Virus record (IMG/VR): IMGVR_UViG_3300020043_004265
Span: 1 to 31,036 of that record
DNA length: 31,036 nucleotides
Direction: 5' to 3' (one strand)
DNA from: a virus
Lineage: Duplodnaviria > Caudoviricetes
The notes under the pieces are model-generated. The model was not told the DNA's origin and ran no database searches. It worked only from the letters and a program-made list of their open reading frames with translations. Both the position numbers and the translations under genes were made by a program. Below are positions 1 to 9,055 of the stretch, piece by piece; position 1 is the first letter of the stretch, and every line of letters starts with the position of its first letter.

Positions 1-16
1 TGATTATTGAAGTGAG

Positions 17-54
17 CAGCTGTTCGGAAATACCGTGCAGCTGTTTTTATTTTT
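17..54 (+). terminator. Putative intrinsic terminator at a convergent junction
   Basis: CAGCTG-TT-CGG-AAATA-CCG-TG-CAGCTG followed by TTTTTATTTTT, which overlaps the stop of the minus-strand gene ending at 47. Confidence 0.45.
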
Positions 55-568
55 GCAGCTGCTTGATGATATCATCCTTTGCTTTAAGCTGCTCATTCAA
101 GGATTCTTTATGCTCCTTGTGTATCTCCTGGAACTCGTGCATCGTGCTTTTATGCTCAGTCCTCAGTTTTTCCGTTTCCTCGTAAAAATCTTTTGACTGG
201 TTTTTCATCTGCTCTTTCATTTCTTTGAGCCAAAACCAAAGCACGGCAACCACGCCAAATTTACTAATGATTTCAAATATGGTTGACTCGATCGCAACCT
301 CTGCACCTGTAAATAAAAATAGCCCTGAAAAAGCAGCGACATCTACAATAATACTTTTGTCCATTTGTTGGGGTTTATAATCAATGAGGGGCAGGTGTTT
401 TACCCACCAAAAGTCTATGTTTTTGTTATTTTTTATTTGTTCAATTTTTAATACCCAGTTACCGTTGGCATCTTGCAGGGGCGTAAAATATCGCCCCTTT
501 GCGTATCGCTTCCCCTCGATCGCTTCTTTCTCCTCCTCCGTTAAAAGTCCGACCTTAGTTTTGCACAT
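47..568 (-). CDS. Two-part ORF: about 68-aa small phage domain fused in frame to a holin-like membrane protein (internal ATG at 364)
   Basis: ATG at 568 lies just after the upstream stop (573). The C-terminal 105 aa (MDKSII...) have two hydrophobic segments and a charged coiled-coil tail. Confidence 0.65.
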   Translation of the reverse strand: MCKTKVGLLTEEEKEAIEGKRYAKGRYFTPLQDANGNWVLKIEQIKNNKNIDFWWVKHLPLIDYKPQQMDKSIIVDVAAFSGLFLFTGAEVAIESTIFEIISKFGVVAVLWFWLKEMKEQMKNQSKDFYEETEKLRTEHKSTMHEFQEIHKEHKESLNEQLKAKDDIIKQLQK

Positions 569-572
569 TACA

Positions 573-806
573 TTAAACAGCGAATTGAGCCAGCCAATTA
601 TTAACCATATCGGGCACATCGGCATCATCCCAACTATCTACATAAGGCATATCTTCAGCACGAACGCCAAATTCTGCGCTATCTGTTGTCAAAAGCACGT
701 CAACGGCTAAAAGTTTATCCAATGCTTTATCTGAAATTGTGTTTAAGTTTATGCTGATTGTAGGATTTACAATCTGTACGTTAAATTGTTCGAATTTGTA
801 TGTCAT
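573..806 (-). CDS. Hypothetical protein, possibly a fibre-associated chaperone
   Basis: 77-aa ORF with an A-rich leader, directly after the fibre genes. Confidence 0.75.
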   Translation of the reverse strand: MTYKFEQFNVQIVNPTISINLNTISDKALDKLLAVDVLLTTDSAEFGVRAEDMPYVDSWDDADVPDMVNNWLAQFAV

Positions 807-818
807 TGTATTTTATTT

Positions 819-1415
819 TTAAGATAGTGTTGTTCCTGTTACTGTGAAAGTGCGAACTGCATAATATGGTGCTGCTCCTGATTTTGCAGATGATGAACCT
901 AAACCAAAATTATCGAACCTAAATGCTTGTGTTGTTGCGCCTGGATTAGTTGTTGAAGTCCAAAAAGATAAATTAGCAGCAGTTCCATTTATTGGAGAAT
1001 AAGTAATATATCTTGAAACTGAAAAATTACAAATACTAAGCATTTCAGTTATATTTGCCATTCTCCAACCTGTTGTAAATGTTCCAATACTTAATGCTAA
1101 TGCTGTATCAATACCTGTATTCCAAATTACAGATGCTTGTGAAGTTCTTAACCAACCCAAAACCGTACTACCATCATAGGTACTCCAATCAATTACGATA
1201 TTATTTGTGTATGTCTGACCGCCTAATTCATCGGTAAAACGATTAGTATTTCCGAAAACATTATTTTCTGCCAAAACCGTAAAACTTGTATTTCGCCCTG
1301 CTTCTAAATCACCATCGTCACCCGTTCTATAAGACGTTGTTTGCCCTGTTTTCATTAGTTTTGCAGTGCTACGGCTTACTGCGACTGCAACTGCTTTAAT
1401 ATAGTTCCCTATCAT
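819..1415 (-). CDS. DUF1566/Lcl C-terminal-like (C-type-lectin fold) putative receptor-binding protein
   Basis: Motifs TGQTTSY..GDDG, WRMANITEMLSI, FWTSTT and terminal YAVR resemble DUF1566; ATGA-coupled to the fibre gene. Confidence 0.7.
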   Translation of the reverse strand: MIGNYIKAVAVAVSRSTAKLMKTGQTTSYRTGDDGDLEAGRNTSFTVLAENNVFGNTNRFTDELGGQTYTNNIVIDWSTYDGSTVLGWLRTSQASVIWNTGIDTALALSIGTFTTGWRMANITEMLSICNFSVSRYITYSPINGTAANLSFWTSTTNPGATTQAFRFDNFGLGSSSAKSGAAPYYAVRTFTVTGTTLS

Positions 1416-3007
1416 GCTTTTGTGATGTTTAAGTTTACGACTGCGGCTGTATTTACCGTTACTGTTATTTTGCTGCCTGCTGCGATTGTATTCGTTAAAG
1501 TATAAGCTACATTATCATCCAATATTGTAGTTGTCGGACTATTCAAAATATTTGTTACGCTGTTAATTTTCATATTATATGGAGCGTAAAAATCAACGGT
1601 CAAAGCTGCGATAAGTTCGATTGTATAAACTAAGCCTTGATTAACCCAAACAGTGCCGTTATACTCTAAAAAATTGCCATTTAAAGGCGTTGTTATTGCT
1701 ACATTGTGCAACTCGTCAAGCTCATAGCCATTGTCAATCTTGACATAAATCTTGCCTTGATTGATGTGAGCATATTCGACATAACCAATTCTAACCTCGT
1801 GAAACGGTGCTGAAGGTTTTACGTTTGTAACGCCACCAAAAACAGTAGGGCTTAAATAAAGCGAATCGCCATCTGCCCACGTTTCACCCTGAAGCGAGCC
1901 AGTAGTATTGATATTTGTCAACTGACCAACCGAGCAGATAAAACCCTCTTGATTGCCTGCTATATTTTCGCAAACAACTCCGAGAGTTCCCGCGCTATTT
2001 GCATCATTATCAGCCTTTGCAAGTTTAACCGAAAGTCTTTGACCAGTTGCACCTGAAACAATAACAACTTCATAGCCTGCCTTAGTGAGTGCTACTAATG
2101 GAGTTGTTTTATTTACTACTCTTGCGTGAATATGCTGACCGAGATTTGAAATAGTATTTCCACCTTTAAGACCTAAGTTTACAGTTCCTAAGGTATCATT
2201 CCAAACAAGTTGACCTTCGCCCGCTGTTCCTGCTGGTGATGTATTAAAATCAAGTTTATCTAAGTCGGTTATTTCAGAATTGCCTGCTGATTTTCCTGAG
2301 GCTAAGACCTGAGACAAAGTCGGAACTGCATTCTGTTGCAAAGTCCATACCGCTGCTCCTGTTGAGGCATCTCCGCAATAATAAACAGCTCCACTATCCA
2401 ACGACCAAAGACTGCCCATTGCATAACCTTTGGTATTGTCATCATTTACATCAGGAGTGACATTAAAATTATACAATGACCAACGGATTGTATTACCTGA
2501 GCTGCCCATCACATATAACCTTCCTGCTTCCCACTTCAACTCAAAGCCAGCACCACAGATTTGAGCAATACCTTTGTTGCCACCTAAACCAGCATCGATT
2601 GTGCCTTCTCTAAGCCTTGAATTATTGTTAAAAGATAATCCGAAAAACTCGTCAAAAATTATATCCTCTGGCCCTGTTGTGTTGCCAAGTCCTAAAACCG
2701 TTGCGAGATCCGCAGCTCCACCACCGCCACCTAAATCAAAAAAAAAACCGCCGAGCGCAGCAAAAACTGCTAACTGGTCAACTCCGTAAGCTGTTCCTGT
2801 GCTATCAAGTACATCATCGTATTCTGCAACGAAGGCAATAACATCTCCTGTTACAATATTTTCGAAAAGGAATCCTGATGTTCCCCAAGATTTGATGGTT
2901 GACTGTCCTTTTGGCAATACCAGGAATGGTACTGATTCACTTACTTCCTCGAAAGCTACACCGCCACCGAGTTCATAAATTTTTATTTCTGCAAATTGCT
3001 TCATCAT
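1412..3007 (-). CDS. Tail fibre / structural protein
   Basis: Gly/Thr/Asn-rich and modular; repeated LxxVLxxG motif (DLATVLGLGNTTG, TLSQVLASGKSAG); GYELDELHNV; poly-Gly linker after residue 92. Confidence 0.75.
   Translation of the reverse strand: MMKQFAEIKIYELGGGVAFEEVSESVPFLVLPKGQSTIKSWGTSGFLFENIVTGDVIAFVAEYDDVLDSTGTAYGVDQLAVFAALGGFFFDLGGGGGAADLATVLGLGNTTGPEDIIFDEFFGLSFNNNSRLREGTIDAGLGGNKGIAQICGAGFELKWEAGRLYVMGSSGNTIRWSLYNFNVTPDVNDDNTKGYAMGSLWSLDSGAVYYCGDASTGAAVWTLQQNAVPTLSQVLASGKSAGNSEITDLDKLDFNTSPAGTAGEGQLVWNDTLGTVNLGLKGGNTISNLGQHIHARVVNKTTPLVALTKAGYEVVIVSGATGQRLSVKLAKADNDANSAGTLGVVCENIAGNQEGFICSVGQLTNINTTGSLQGETWADGDSLYLSPTVFGGVTNVKPSAPFHEVRIGYVEYAHINQGKIYVKIDNGYELDELHNVAITTPLNGNFLEYNGTVWVNQGLVYTIELIAALTVDFYAPYNMKINSVTNILNSPTTTILDDNVAYTLTNTIAAGSKITVTVNTAAVVNLNITKA
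2738..2749 (-). other. GG-T10 slippery/homopolymer tract at a domain boundary of the fibre gene
   Basis: GGT TTT TTT TTT GAT TTA G; the -1 frame gives TGA immediately and the +1 frame gives TAG shortly after. Confidence 0.5.
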
Positions 3008-3011
3008 TTTA

Positions 3012-3578
3012 TTAGTAGATTATTGGAAATGTTGAAATGTTTTTGTTTTTAGGTTTGCAGCTCGGGCATTTGCCTTCGGGTTCAAAGTCGAATGGCACGA
3101 ATAATGCGCTGTTGTCGCAAAGATACGTAATAACTTCTTGTTGCAAAAATTGTATCTTGTCTTTTATTGTATCTTTTAAGTAACGCATATCATTTCCTGT
3201 TGCAGCAGTTGCAAAGTTCGCCTGTGTAACCTGTACTCCTGCCGATGTAATTTTGAAATGCGCAAAGCTCAAAGACTCTTCCAGGACTGCAAAACCAAGC
3301 AAATCGAATAGCTTACCATTCAGGAACAGATTTTCAAGGTCTGTGTCTGTGAATGCCGGCTGAATTGCACCGAATGCAGGATTGTAATTTATGATATTTG
3401 CTGTTCTATTTGCTTTCAGTTCATCGAAAAACGCTGCACCAATCAAATTTCTAACATATCTGCGCTCGGCATTGTCCACAAATGGTGCTAACAGATTAGG
3501 GTCGAACTGTGTATCTGTCGGAGTGATGCGAATATAACCACCACGAACAACTTCCAATGGTTTTATGAATTGCGCCAT
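3012..3578 (-). CDS. Putative head-tail adaptor / head completion protein
   Basis: 188 aa, mostly helical, immediately after the portal; assigned by synteny and resemblance. Confidence 0.55.
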   Translation of the reverse strand: MAQFIKPLEVVRGGYIRITPTDTQFDPNLLAPFVDNAERRYVRNLIGAAFFDELKANRTANIINYNPAFGAIQPAFTDTDLENLFLNGKLFDLLGFAVLEESLSFAHFKITSAGVQVTQANFATAATGNDMRYLKDTIKDKIQFLQQEVITYLCDNSALFVPFDFEPEGKCPSCKPKNKNISTFPIIY

Positions 3579-5068
3579 CCTAATAAGTTTTTGATTTTAG
3601 CTAAAATGTTTTGTGGCTGTTCCTCTTCGGCTTGTACTTCTGCTTCTGCTTCGGTCTGTATCTGCTCTTCTTTGATTGCAGGTTCCAATGTCGGGCCATA
3701 GCCAAGGATTTCTCTTCCCTCTGTTTTGGTAAGGAGCATATTCACATCGAGATCACCAGCAAACGATACAGGCACGATGTTTATAAAATCAAGCTCTACG
3801 CCCTTCAAAAACTCTATGCCTTCCGTTTCTGCAACCGTATCAAGATATGGCTTCACAATGCCTCTGAGGATAGACTGCTGCATATCATAAATCTTTGTTC
3901 GATATAAGATTTCGAACTCAGCACGGATTTGTTGGTTATTACCAAGCTGTCCTGGTGTTGCTTGTACTAAACTTAGCGGAATTTCAAAGCCAGTAGCAAT
4001 TCTGTCCTTGGCAATATTTGAAAGTTCCATAAAGTAGCCATTGTATGACTGCTCGAATGGTACCCAGTTAGCTTTCAGTTCGGGATTTTCAAGTATTTGG
4101 AAGATAACTTTGAAGTCATTGCCTGTATCGGTCATCTTCTGCATAAAGGCCTCTTGATAATCTTTCTGCTGTTCAGGAGTAAGGTCACCAAAGAGCTGCA
4201 AAAGTCCTGATGTTGTCAGACCGTTACGGAACTTTGATACATTAAACTTTGCAATACGATATTCAAGTTCGACAAAGTGTTTCGCACCAATCCAGTTGGG
4301 TACACCCCATTGATACATCAGCGGACTGTACTGCTTGAGCTGCAACATTGAAGACTTGTCATAACCGTACAACTCTGCGATGTTGGCACCTTGACCGTAT
4401 TCTGATTCAAGTAAGCTGTCAAGTTCATCAGTCCATCTTGGATATGCTGCGATATCTTTTACTGTTGCAGGAACACTACTCAGTTCAAATTTTTCATATC
4501 CTCTGTTTCTTCCTGCATAAGGTAGTATGGCCCAATCGGCAGATACGCCAAAAAAGCGGGTTTTAAGATCGGTGCTGCGGAATGGTCGAACAAAGTTAAT
4601 ATTCTGATGTGAAGCGAAAACAAAACCTTGTACAACATCAAGCTGAGTGAAGGCATTGCCAATTGCAGTATAATCAAAAGCTGCTTTTTTGCACACATCC
4701 AAAATCGTTTCACCATCACTATTCTGCCTGCTTAGGATTGCCCAAAGTTTTGATTTCTCTTCAGGTGTTAAAATCTGTGCTGATTTTTCACCGAGGACTG
4801 ATTTTTCCTTTCGGATATAGAAGCCTTCACCAACGGTATAGTAGGCAACCTTGTTACAGATGGCCTTTGCTGTCGGAGAACTGTTAATCAAAGCAATAAT
4901 CTGTTCCAATTCACCCTCTCGGACAAATGGAAGATAGTCAAACAGGCCAAACAACGCACGTGTCGGGTCTGAATTTTCGTAGTACAGGTCTTTTGGCAAT
5001 ACGATCTGATCGGCCGTAGTACCTATCTGCATACTGAATAAATTATTTGGCTTGTTTTTCTTACTCAT
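3563..5068 (-). CDS. Portal protein
   Basis: 501 aa; SSPTAKAICNKVAYYTVGEG, D..AIGNAF, WGVPNW, KFRNG, IP..L...PGQLG motifs typical of portals. Confidence 0.85.
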   Translation of the reverse strand: MSKKNKPNNLFSMQIGTTADQIVLPKDLYYENSDPTRALFGLFDYLPFVREGELEQIIALINSSPTAKAICNKVAYYTVGEGFYIRKEKSVLGEKSAQILTPEEKSKLWAILSRQNSDGETILDVCKKAAFDYTAIGNAFTQLDVVQGFVFASHQNINFVRPFRSTDLKTRFFGVSADWAILPYAGRNRGYEKFELSSVPATVKDIAAYPRWTDELDSLLESEYGQGANIAELYGYDKSSMLQLKQYSPLMYQWGVPNWIGAKHFVELEYRIAKFNVSKFRNGLTTSGLLQLFGDLTPEQQKDYQEAFMQKMTDTGNDFKVIFQILENPELKANWVPFEQSYNGYFMELSNIAKDRIATGFEIPLSLVQATPGQLGNNQQIRAEFEILYRTKIYDMQQSILRGIVKPYLDTVAETEGIEFLKGVELDFINIVPVSFAGDLDVNMLLTKTEGREILGYGPTLEPAIKEEQIQTEAEAEVQAEEEQPQNILAKIKNLLGWRNS

Positions 5069-5313
5069 TACTCTTCGCTTTCTGTCTGTTCAGCTTCTGA
5101 TTTTGGTTTTTTGATTTTCTTAGCAGGTAAATCTAAGCTAAAATCCTTTAATTCCTGCATAGTATTGTCAAAATATTTGAGAAGCTGCTCAGGATATTTG
5201 CTATCCAAGTGCGCTTTGATGTATTTTTTAAGGTCATCACCTTCTAATGTACCGAGATTTTTCCCTTTGTATGGCACATTATAGTCTTTGCAATAGTCTT
5301 TAACTTTTATCAT
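5068..5313 (-). CDS. Hypothetical protein
   Basis: 81-aa ORF coupled (TAATG) to the portal. Confidence 0.75.
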   Translation of the reverse strand: MIKVKDYCKDYNVPYKGKNLGTLEGDDLKKYIKAHLDSKYPEQLLKYFDNTMQELKDFSLDLPAKKIKKPKSEAEQTESEE

Positions 5314-5326
5314 AGCTTAACATTTT

Positions 5327-5352
5327 AAAAAAGGCGGCTTTTACACCGCCTT
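5327..5352 (-). terminator. Intrinsic terminator after the tail tube gene
   Basis: AAGGCGG-TGTAAAAG-CCGCCTT followed by TTTT on the minus strand. Confidence 0.7.
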
Positions 5353-5406
5353 AGATGGATAAATACCCCCTGTTTTAACCAAAAAACCGTATGAAAAACG
5401 CTAAGA

Positions 5407-5946
5407 CTAAGTTAGAGCAATGATACCAGCAACACCAGGAGTGAAGACAGTAGCAGCACCATCAACGATAGTGTCGCAGATAAGCTCCAAAGTAATTTGT
5501 GATGGGTCAGTCAAGTTGGTACCAGTAGTGATTTGAGTACCTGCACCAAGACGAGCATTAAGGTCAGCAAAGAATCCCCAAACAACTACTTGTCCGTTGT
5601 TTTCTTCGTGAGCAACTATGATACCGCAGCAAGATTGTTTTGCAGCAGATACCAAGAAGTTTCTTGTATCCTGGTCACGGCATTGGCCATTGCCAGTAAA
5701 TGTCTGTGTAAGTGAGTTGTTACAACCATCATCAGAAACATTGAACTGCTCTGTGAATGATTTGCTGTTACGCTTCAATTCTACCTCATAGAATACAGCT
5801 GCACCATTCATAGTGATGCCTGTGATTTGCTCTGTACCATCAAAGGTGATTGTCGCTATATCTTCGAAATTTGCTATCCAAATTCTTTTAACACCACCTG
5901 CACAAGATTTTGCGCAATTGGTAGTTAAACCTGAAGTAATTGCCAT
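5407..5946 (-). CDS. Putative major tail (tube) protein
   Basis: N-terminal C....GGVKRIWIAN pattern seen in Bacteroidetes-phage tail tube candidates; beta-rich; directly after the capsid gene; high-expression codon bias. Confidence 0.65.
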   Translation of the reverse strand: MAITSGLTTNCAKSCAGGVKRIWIANFEDIATITFDGTEQITGITMNGAAVFYEVELKRNSKSFTEQFNVSDDGCNNSLTQTFTGNGQCRDQDTRNFLVSAAKQSCCGIIVAHEENNGQVVVWGFFADLNARLGAGTQITTGTNLTDPSQITLELICDTIVDGAATVFTPGVAGIIALT

Positions 5947-5968
5947 AATATTTTTAGATTATTAGATT

Positions 5969-5996
5969 TTAAAATTGGGCGGCTGTTACACCGCCC
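5969..5996 (-). terminator. Stem-loop after the capsid gene (weak terminator or mRNA stabiliser)
   Basis: GGGCGG-TGTAACAG-CCGCCC then AATTTT; nearly identical to the 5331-5352 hairpin. Confidence 0.55.
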
Positions 5997-6005
5997 TGAT
6001 TATTT

Positions 6006-7001
6006 TTAGAGACCTACTGAGAACAACTCAGGCCATACATAGTTAGTGTTGAACACGAACTTAGCACGAAGAGTGATTTCGTCAGTTTCAGGATTCTGAT
6101 AAACTTTGAAGAAAGAAGCTCCACCAGTTGCATCAGGTCTAAGGTCAGTACCTACAACGATGTTTGACTTGTGAGTGTAAACAACTTTGTTTTGGTCAGC
6201 CAAACCGAAATACTCCTGTGAGATTTCATCCCACTCGTAGTGAGCTTTAACCTTGATACCTCTGTAAGTACCAACGAACTTGTCTTTCTCTTCTTCGAAT
6301 ACTTTGATGAAACCATTACTTACTGCATTGTCTTCAAGATAAGTCAACACCTGATCCCAAAGAAGACCGTTGATGTGAATAATCTTCTCAGATGCAGGCA
6401 TAGTTTTCAGAGCAGCAGGAGCAGCGTTAACAACATCCTGAAGAAGCTCATAAGCCTGTTGGTTGGTCAAGGTAGTACCTTGGTTAGAGTTAGTGTAAGC
6501 ACCAACTGTGTTAGCTGTTACCAATTGGTCAAGGTATTTGAAGATACCATCTGCCCAGTTAAGGTTATCATCAGCAGAAGCAACATCACCGTACCAAGCA
6601 ACACGCTGTACGTCAGATTTGATGCCATCACCTAACTGCTTAGTAAGCAAGTTAAGAAGGATAGTCAAATCAGGATTGCCTTTGGCAGTAGTGTAAAGCG
6701 GAGCAAGTAGGTCATAGTGAGTATTGATGAACTCCTCATAGCACATTTTTGTACCAGCCTCAACGTACTGAGCAACAAGAGTACGCTCAGACATATTGCT
6801 TACACCTTTGTATTTTGGTGAACAAGCCTGAAGCTTACCAGTTACGTTTTTCATTGCACCGAGAAGACCGATTTTGTATTCTCCTGCATAAAGATTTTTT
6901 ACGATGGCAAAGTCGCTCATCATATCTTTGTCAATGAACACAGGTTCGAACATGATGTCAATAGCGTCCTGTGCGTTTAATTTGATATTTAAAGATTCCA
7001 T
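6006..7001 (-). CDS. Major capsid protein
   Basis: 331 aa downstream of the protease/scaffold; D.QRVAWYGD....DGIFK pattern; strong codon bias; 3' stem-loop. Confidence 0.85.
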   Translation of the reverse strand: MESLNIKLNAQDAIDIMFEPVFIDKDMMSDFAIVKNLYAGEYKIGLLGAMKNVTGKLQACSPKYKGVSNMSERTLVAQYVEAGTKMCYEEFINTHYDLLAPLYTTAKGNPDLTILLNLLTKQLGDGIKSDVQRVAWYGDVASADDNLNWADGIFKYLDQLVTANTVGAYTNSNQGTTLTNQQAYELLQDVVNAAPAALKTMPASEKIIHINGLLWDQVLTYLEDNAVSNGFIKVFEEEKDKFVGTYRGIKVKAHYEWDEISQEYFGLADQNKVVYTHKSNIVVGTDLRPDATGGASFFKVYQNPETDEITLRAKFVFNTNYVWPELFSVGL

Positions 7002-7029
7002 TTTATAAATATTGATTTGAGTGAAAAGA

Positions 7030-7731
7030 TTAAGCTACAACCAACGCTGTTGTAAAGCTACCGTATTCAGGGCCTGCATTGGTAACTTTTACAGTTACTG
7101 TGTAAGTACCAGCAGCAAGCGCACCTGCAACAGTTATTGTTACTGTACCATCAGCAGCAACTACACCAGTATCAGTATTACCATCAACTTCAGCTTCAAG
7201 AGTGAAACCAACAAGACCGATAGCACCAATTACATCAACAACTGTTTGGCTTGCACCTGATTGATAAACTGCTGAGTCGATTACCAAGTAAGCACCTCTT
7301 GCATTGCTGTTAAGGGCATCAGCTGTGTTAACTGTGATACCTGCAACCAAAGAAGCAGAATCCAAGTTGATGCTGTAAGAAAGAACTTGCTCTTGTCCTA
7401 CCAACTTGTAAACAATCTCGATTGAAGCATCAGGGCCGATACCGTTGTAAGCCTTAGATACAGCTGTGATGTTCAAAGTTTCAGTACCTGAAGCATAAAC
7501 AGCACCGTTACCGTTACCAGCTGAATCTGTGATGTTGTAACGTACGAACTCATACTGAGCAAAGTTAGCTGAGTTAAGTGTGAAAGTTGATGAGTTACCA
7601 CCAGCTGCGATAACAACATTGAATGTAGGAGCTTCTGTGCTGTAACCTACGTTTGTTCCTCTAAGGATAATACCACCGCTGTTTGCTTTAACAAACGGAT
7701 TTACGGCAGCCTTTTTGAAATTCTTCTCCAT
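7030..7731 (-). CDS. Putative head decoration protein with a C-terminal Ig-like domain
   Basis: Between protease and capsid genes; ADGTVTITVAGALAAGTYTVTVKVT resembles a bacterial Ig-like fold. Confidence 0.6.
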   Translation of the reverse strand: MEKNFKKAAVNPFVKANSGGIILRGTNVGYSTEAPTFNVVIAAGGNSSTFTLNSANFAQYEFVRYNITDSAGNGNGAVYASGTETLNITAVSKAYNGIGPDASIEIVYKLVGQEQVLSYSINLDSASLVAGITVNTADALNSNARGAYLVIDSAVYQSGASQTVVDVIGAIGLVGFTLEAEVDGNTDTGVVAADGTVTITVAGALAAGTYTVTVKVTNAGPEYGSFTTALVVA

Positions 7732-7764
7732 TTTTATATTTTTTGGATTTGTTTTAAGATAAAA

Positions 7765-8913
7765 TTATTCTCCGTTCAACTTGCTCTTGATAGATTTCGC
7801 AGCATTAACGAGCATTCCTTCGTTTTTGTCTGAGAATTTCTTCAATGCACGTTCTCTACGGCTAAGATTTTCGTTTGTTTGAGTCTGAGCAGTAACTTGT
7901 GGTTTCTTCTCGCCTTGTTTGATGCGAGCAATCTCCTCACGAAGTGCTTTGATTTCATTGCTTACAGCTTCGGCTTCAGTCTTTTTAACTTTCATACCTT
8001 TAGCTTCCAGGGCAGCAACCATTTCTTCTTCGGTCATTACTTTTTCTTCTTCGACCATTACTTCCTCTTCAGGTGCTTCGATTTCGACTTTATATCCAGC
8101 ACTCTTAAGAGCTTCGATCATTTGTTCTTCAGTCATCATTTCTTCGATGTTTTGAATGTTGTTTTGAATTATTTCTTCGGGTTTTTCTTCTGCAACAGCA
8201 GGCTTTGGCGCAAAACCCAAAAACGCCAAGAATTTTGTAAAGAAAGATTTTTCTTCAGCTGTGATGTTATTGTCAAGTTCTGCCATAAGTTCAGTTGGAA
8301 CATTTACACAGTTACGAATTTGATTTTTGATACTCGGAGCGGACTCAGGAGTAATATATGTTGAGGCTGACTCAATACCATCTATGAGGCCGACCTCATA
8401 AGCCTGTTGAGCTGAGAACCACGTTTCTTTATCCATCCATTGAATAACCTGCGCTTTGGTTTCTTCACGGCTACCATTGATAAGCTTGCCATTGGATTCG
8501 ATAACATCAACATAGTTTTCTGCAATACGGTCTGACATTGAATCAAGTGTATCGGCTAAACTGCGAAGTGTCTTAGATCCGCCCTCCGCAAAGACAGCGG
8601 TGTTATGTATCATGTAAAAGGAATTGGCTGTCATCTTTCTGCTTCCTGTGCTGCCTGCTGCGTGAATCATTGTCGCAATGGATGCACACAGGCCACAAAC
8701 GGTTACAGAAACATTGTTGTTTTGTCCGTGCCTGCGTAAACGGTCAGCAATGGCAAAACCCTCAGTAACTTGTCCGCCACCTGAGTTCAGAAAAATCTTT
8801 ACATCTTTTGCATCTTGCAGGTCATAATCAATGTAACGGAGATTTTCGCCATAAAAAGCGTCAATCTCACCGTTAATCGTCATTTCAGCTGCTTCTGCGG
8901 TAAACTTATACAT
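7765..8913 (-). CDS. ClpP-type (S14) prohead protease with a C-terminal scaffold region
   Basis: NSGGG, GLCASIATMI (Ser), FYMIHN (His), ETWFSA..A...GLID; acidic coiled-coil tail; ATG 8913 preferred over 8958. Confidence 0.9.
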   Translation of the reverse strand: MYKFTAEAAEMTINGEIDAFYGENLRYIDYDLQDAKDVKIFLNSGGGQVTEGFAIADRLRRHGQNNNVSVTVCGLCASIATMIHAAGSTGSRKMTANSFYMIHNTAVFAEGGSKTLRSLADTLDSMSDRIAENYVDVIESNGKLINGSREETKAQVIQWMDKETWFSAQQAYEVGLIDGIESASTYITPESAPSIKNQIRNCVNVPTELMAELDNNITAEEKSFFTKFLAFLGFAPKPAVAEEKPEEIIQNNIQNIEEMMTEEQMIEALKSAGYKVEIEAPEEEVMVEEEKVMTEEEMVAALEAKGMKVKKTEAEAVSNEIKALREEIARIKQGEKKPQVTAQTQTNENLSRRERALKKFSDKNEGMLVNAAKSIKSKLNGE

Positions 8914-8984
8914 ATTAAAAAATGAATTTGCACAATTATAACATAAAAAAAATATCATTTTAGTGCAAAAAAATGTCTTTTATA

Positions 8985-9015
8985 TTTGTGTAATAAAATA
9001 TTATTACTACCTTTG
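8985..9015 (+). promoter_or_regulatory. Bacteroidetes-type promoter with an operator in the spacer
   Basis: TTTG (8985-8988), 19 nt, TACCTTTG (9008-9015); the spacer holds GTAATAAAATATTATTAC (8990-9007). Confidence 0.8.
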
Positions 9016-9044
9016 TTCTATCGATATGATAAATGACAATTAAA

Positions 9045-9053
9045 AACTACCAA
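9045..9053 (+). promoter_or_regulatory. AACTACC leader motif, copy 1
   Basis: AAAAACTACC-AAAA-ATG(9056). Confidence 0.75.
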
Positions 9054-9055
9054 AA

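Noticed and set aside
8914-8958. Upstream start extensions in the ORF track (8958, 628, 12841, 27452)
   Set aside because: They overlap regulatory DNA or neighbouring genes; downstream ATGs fit better
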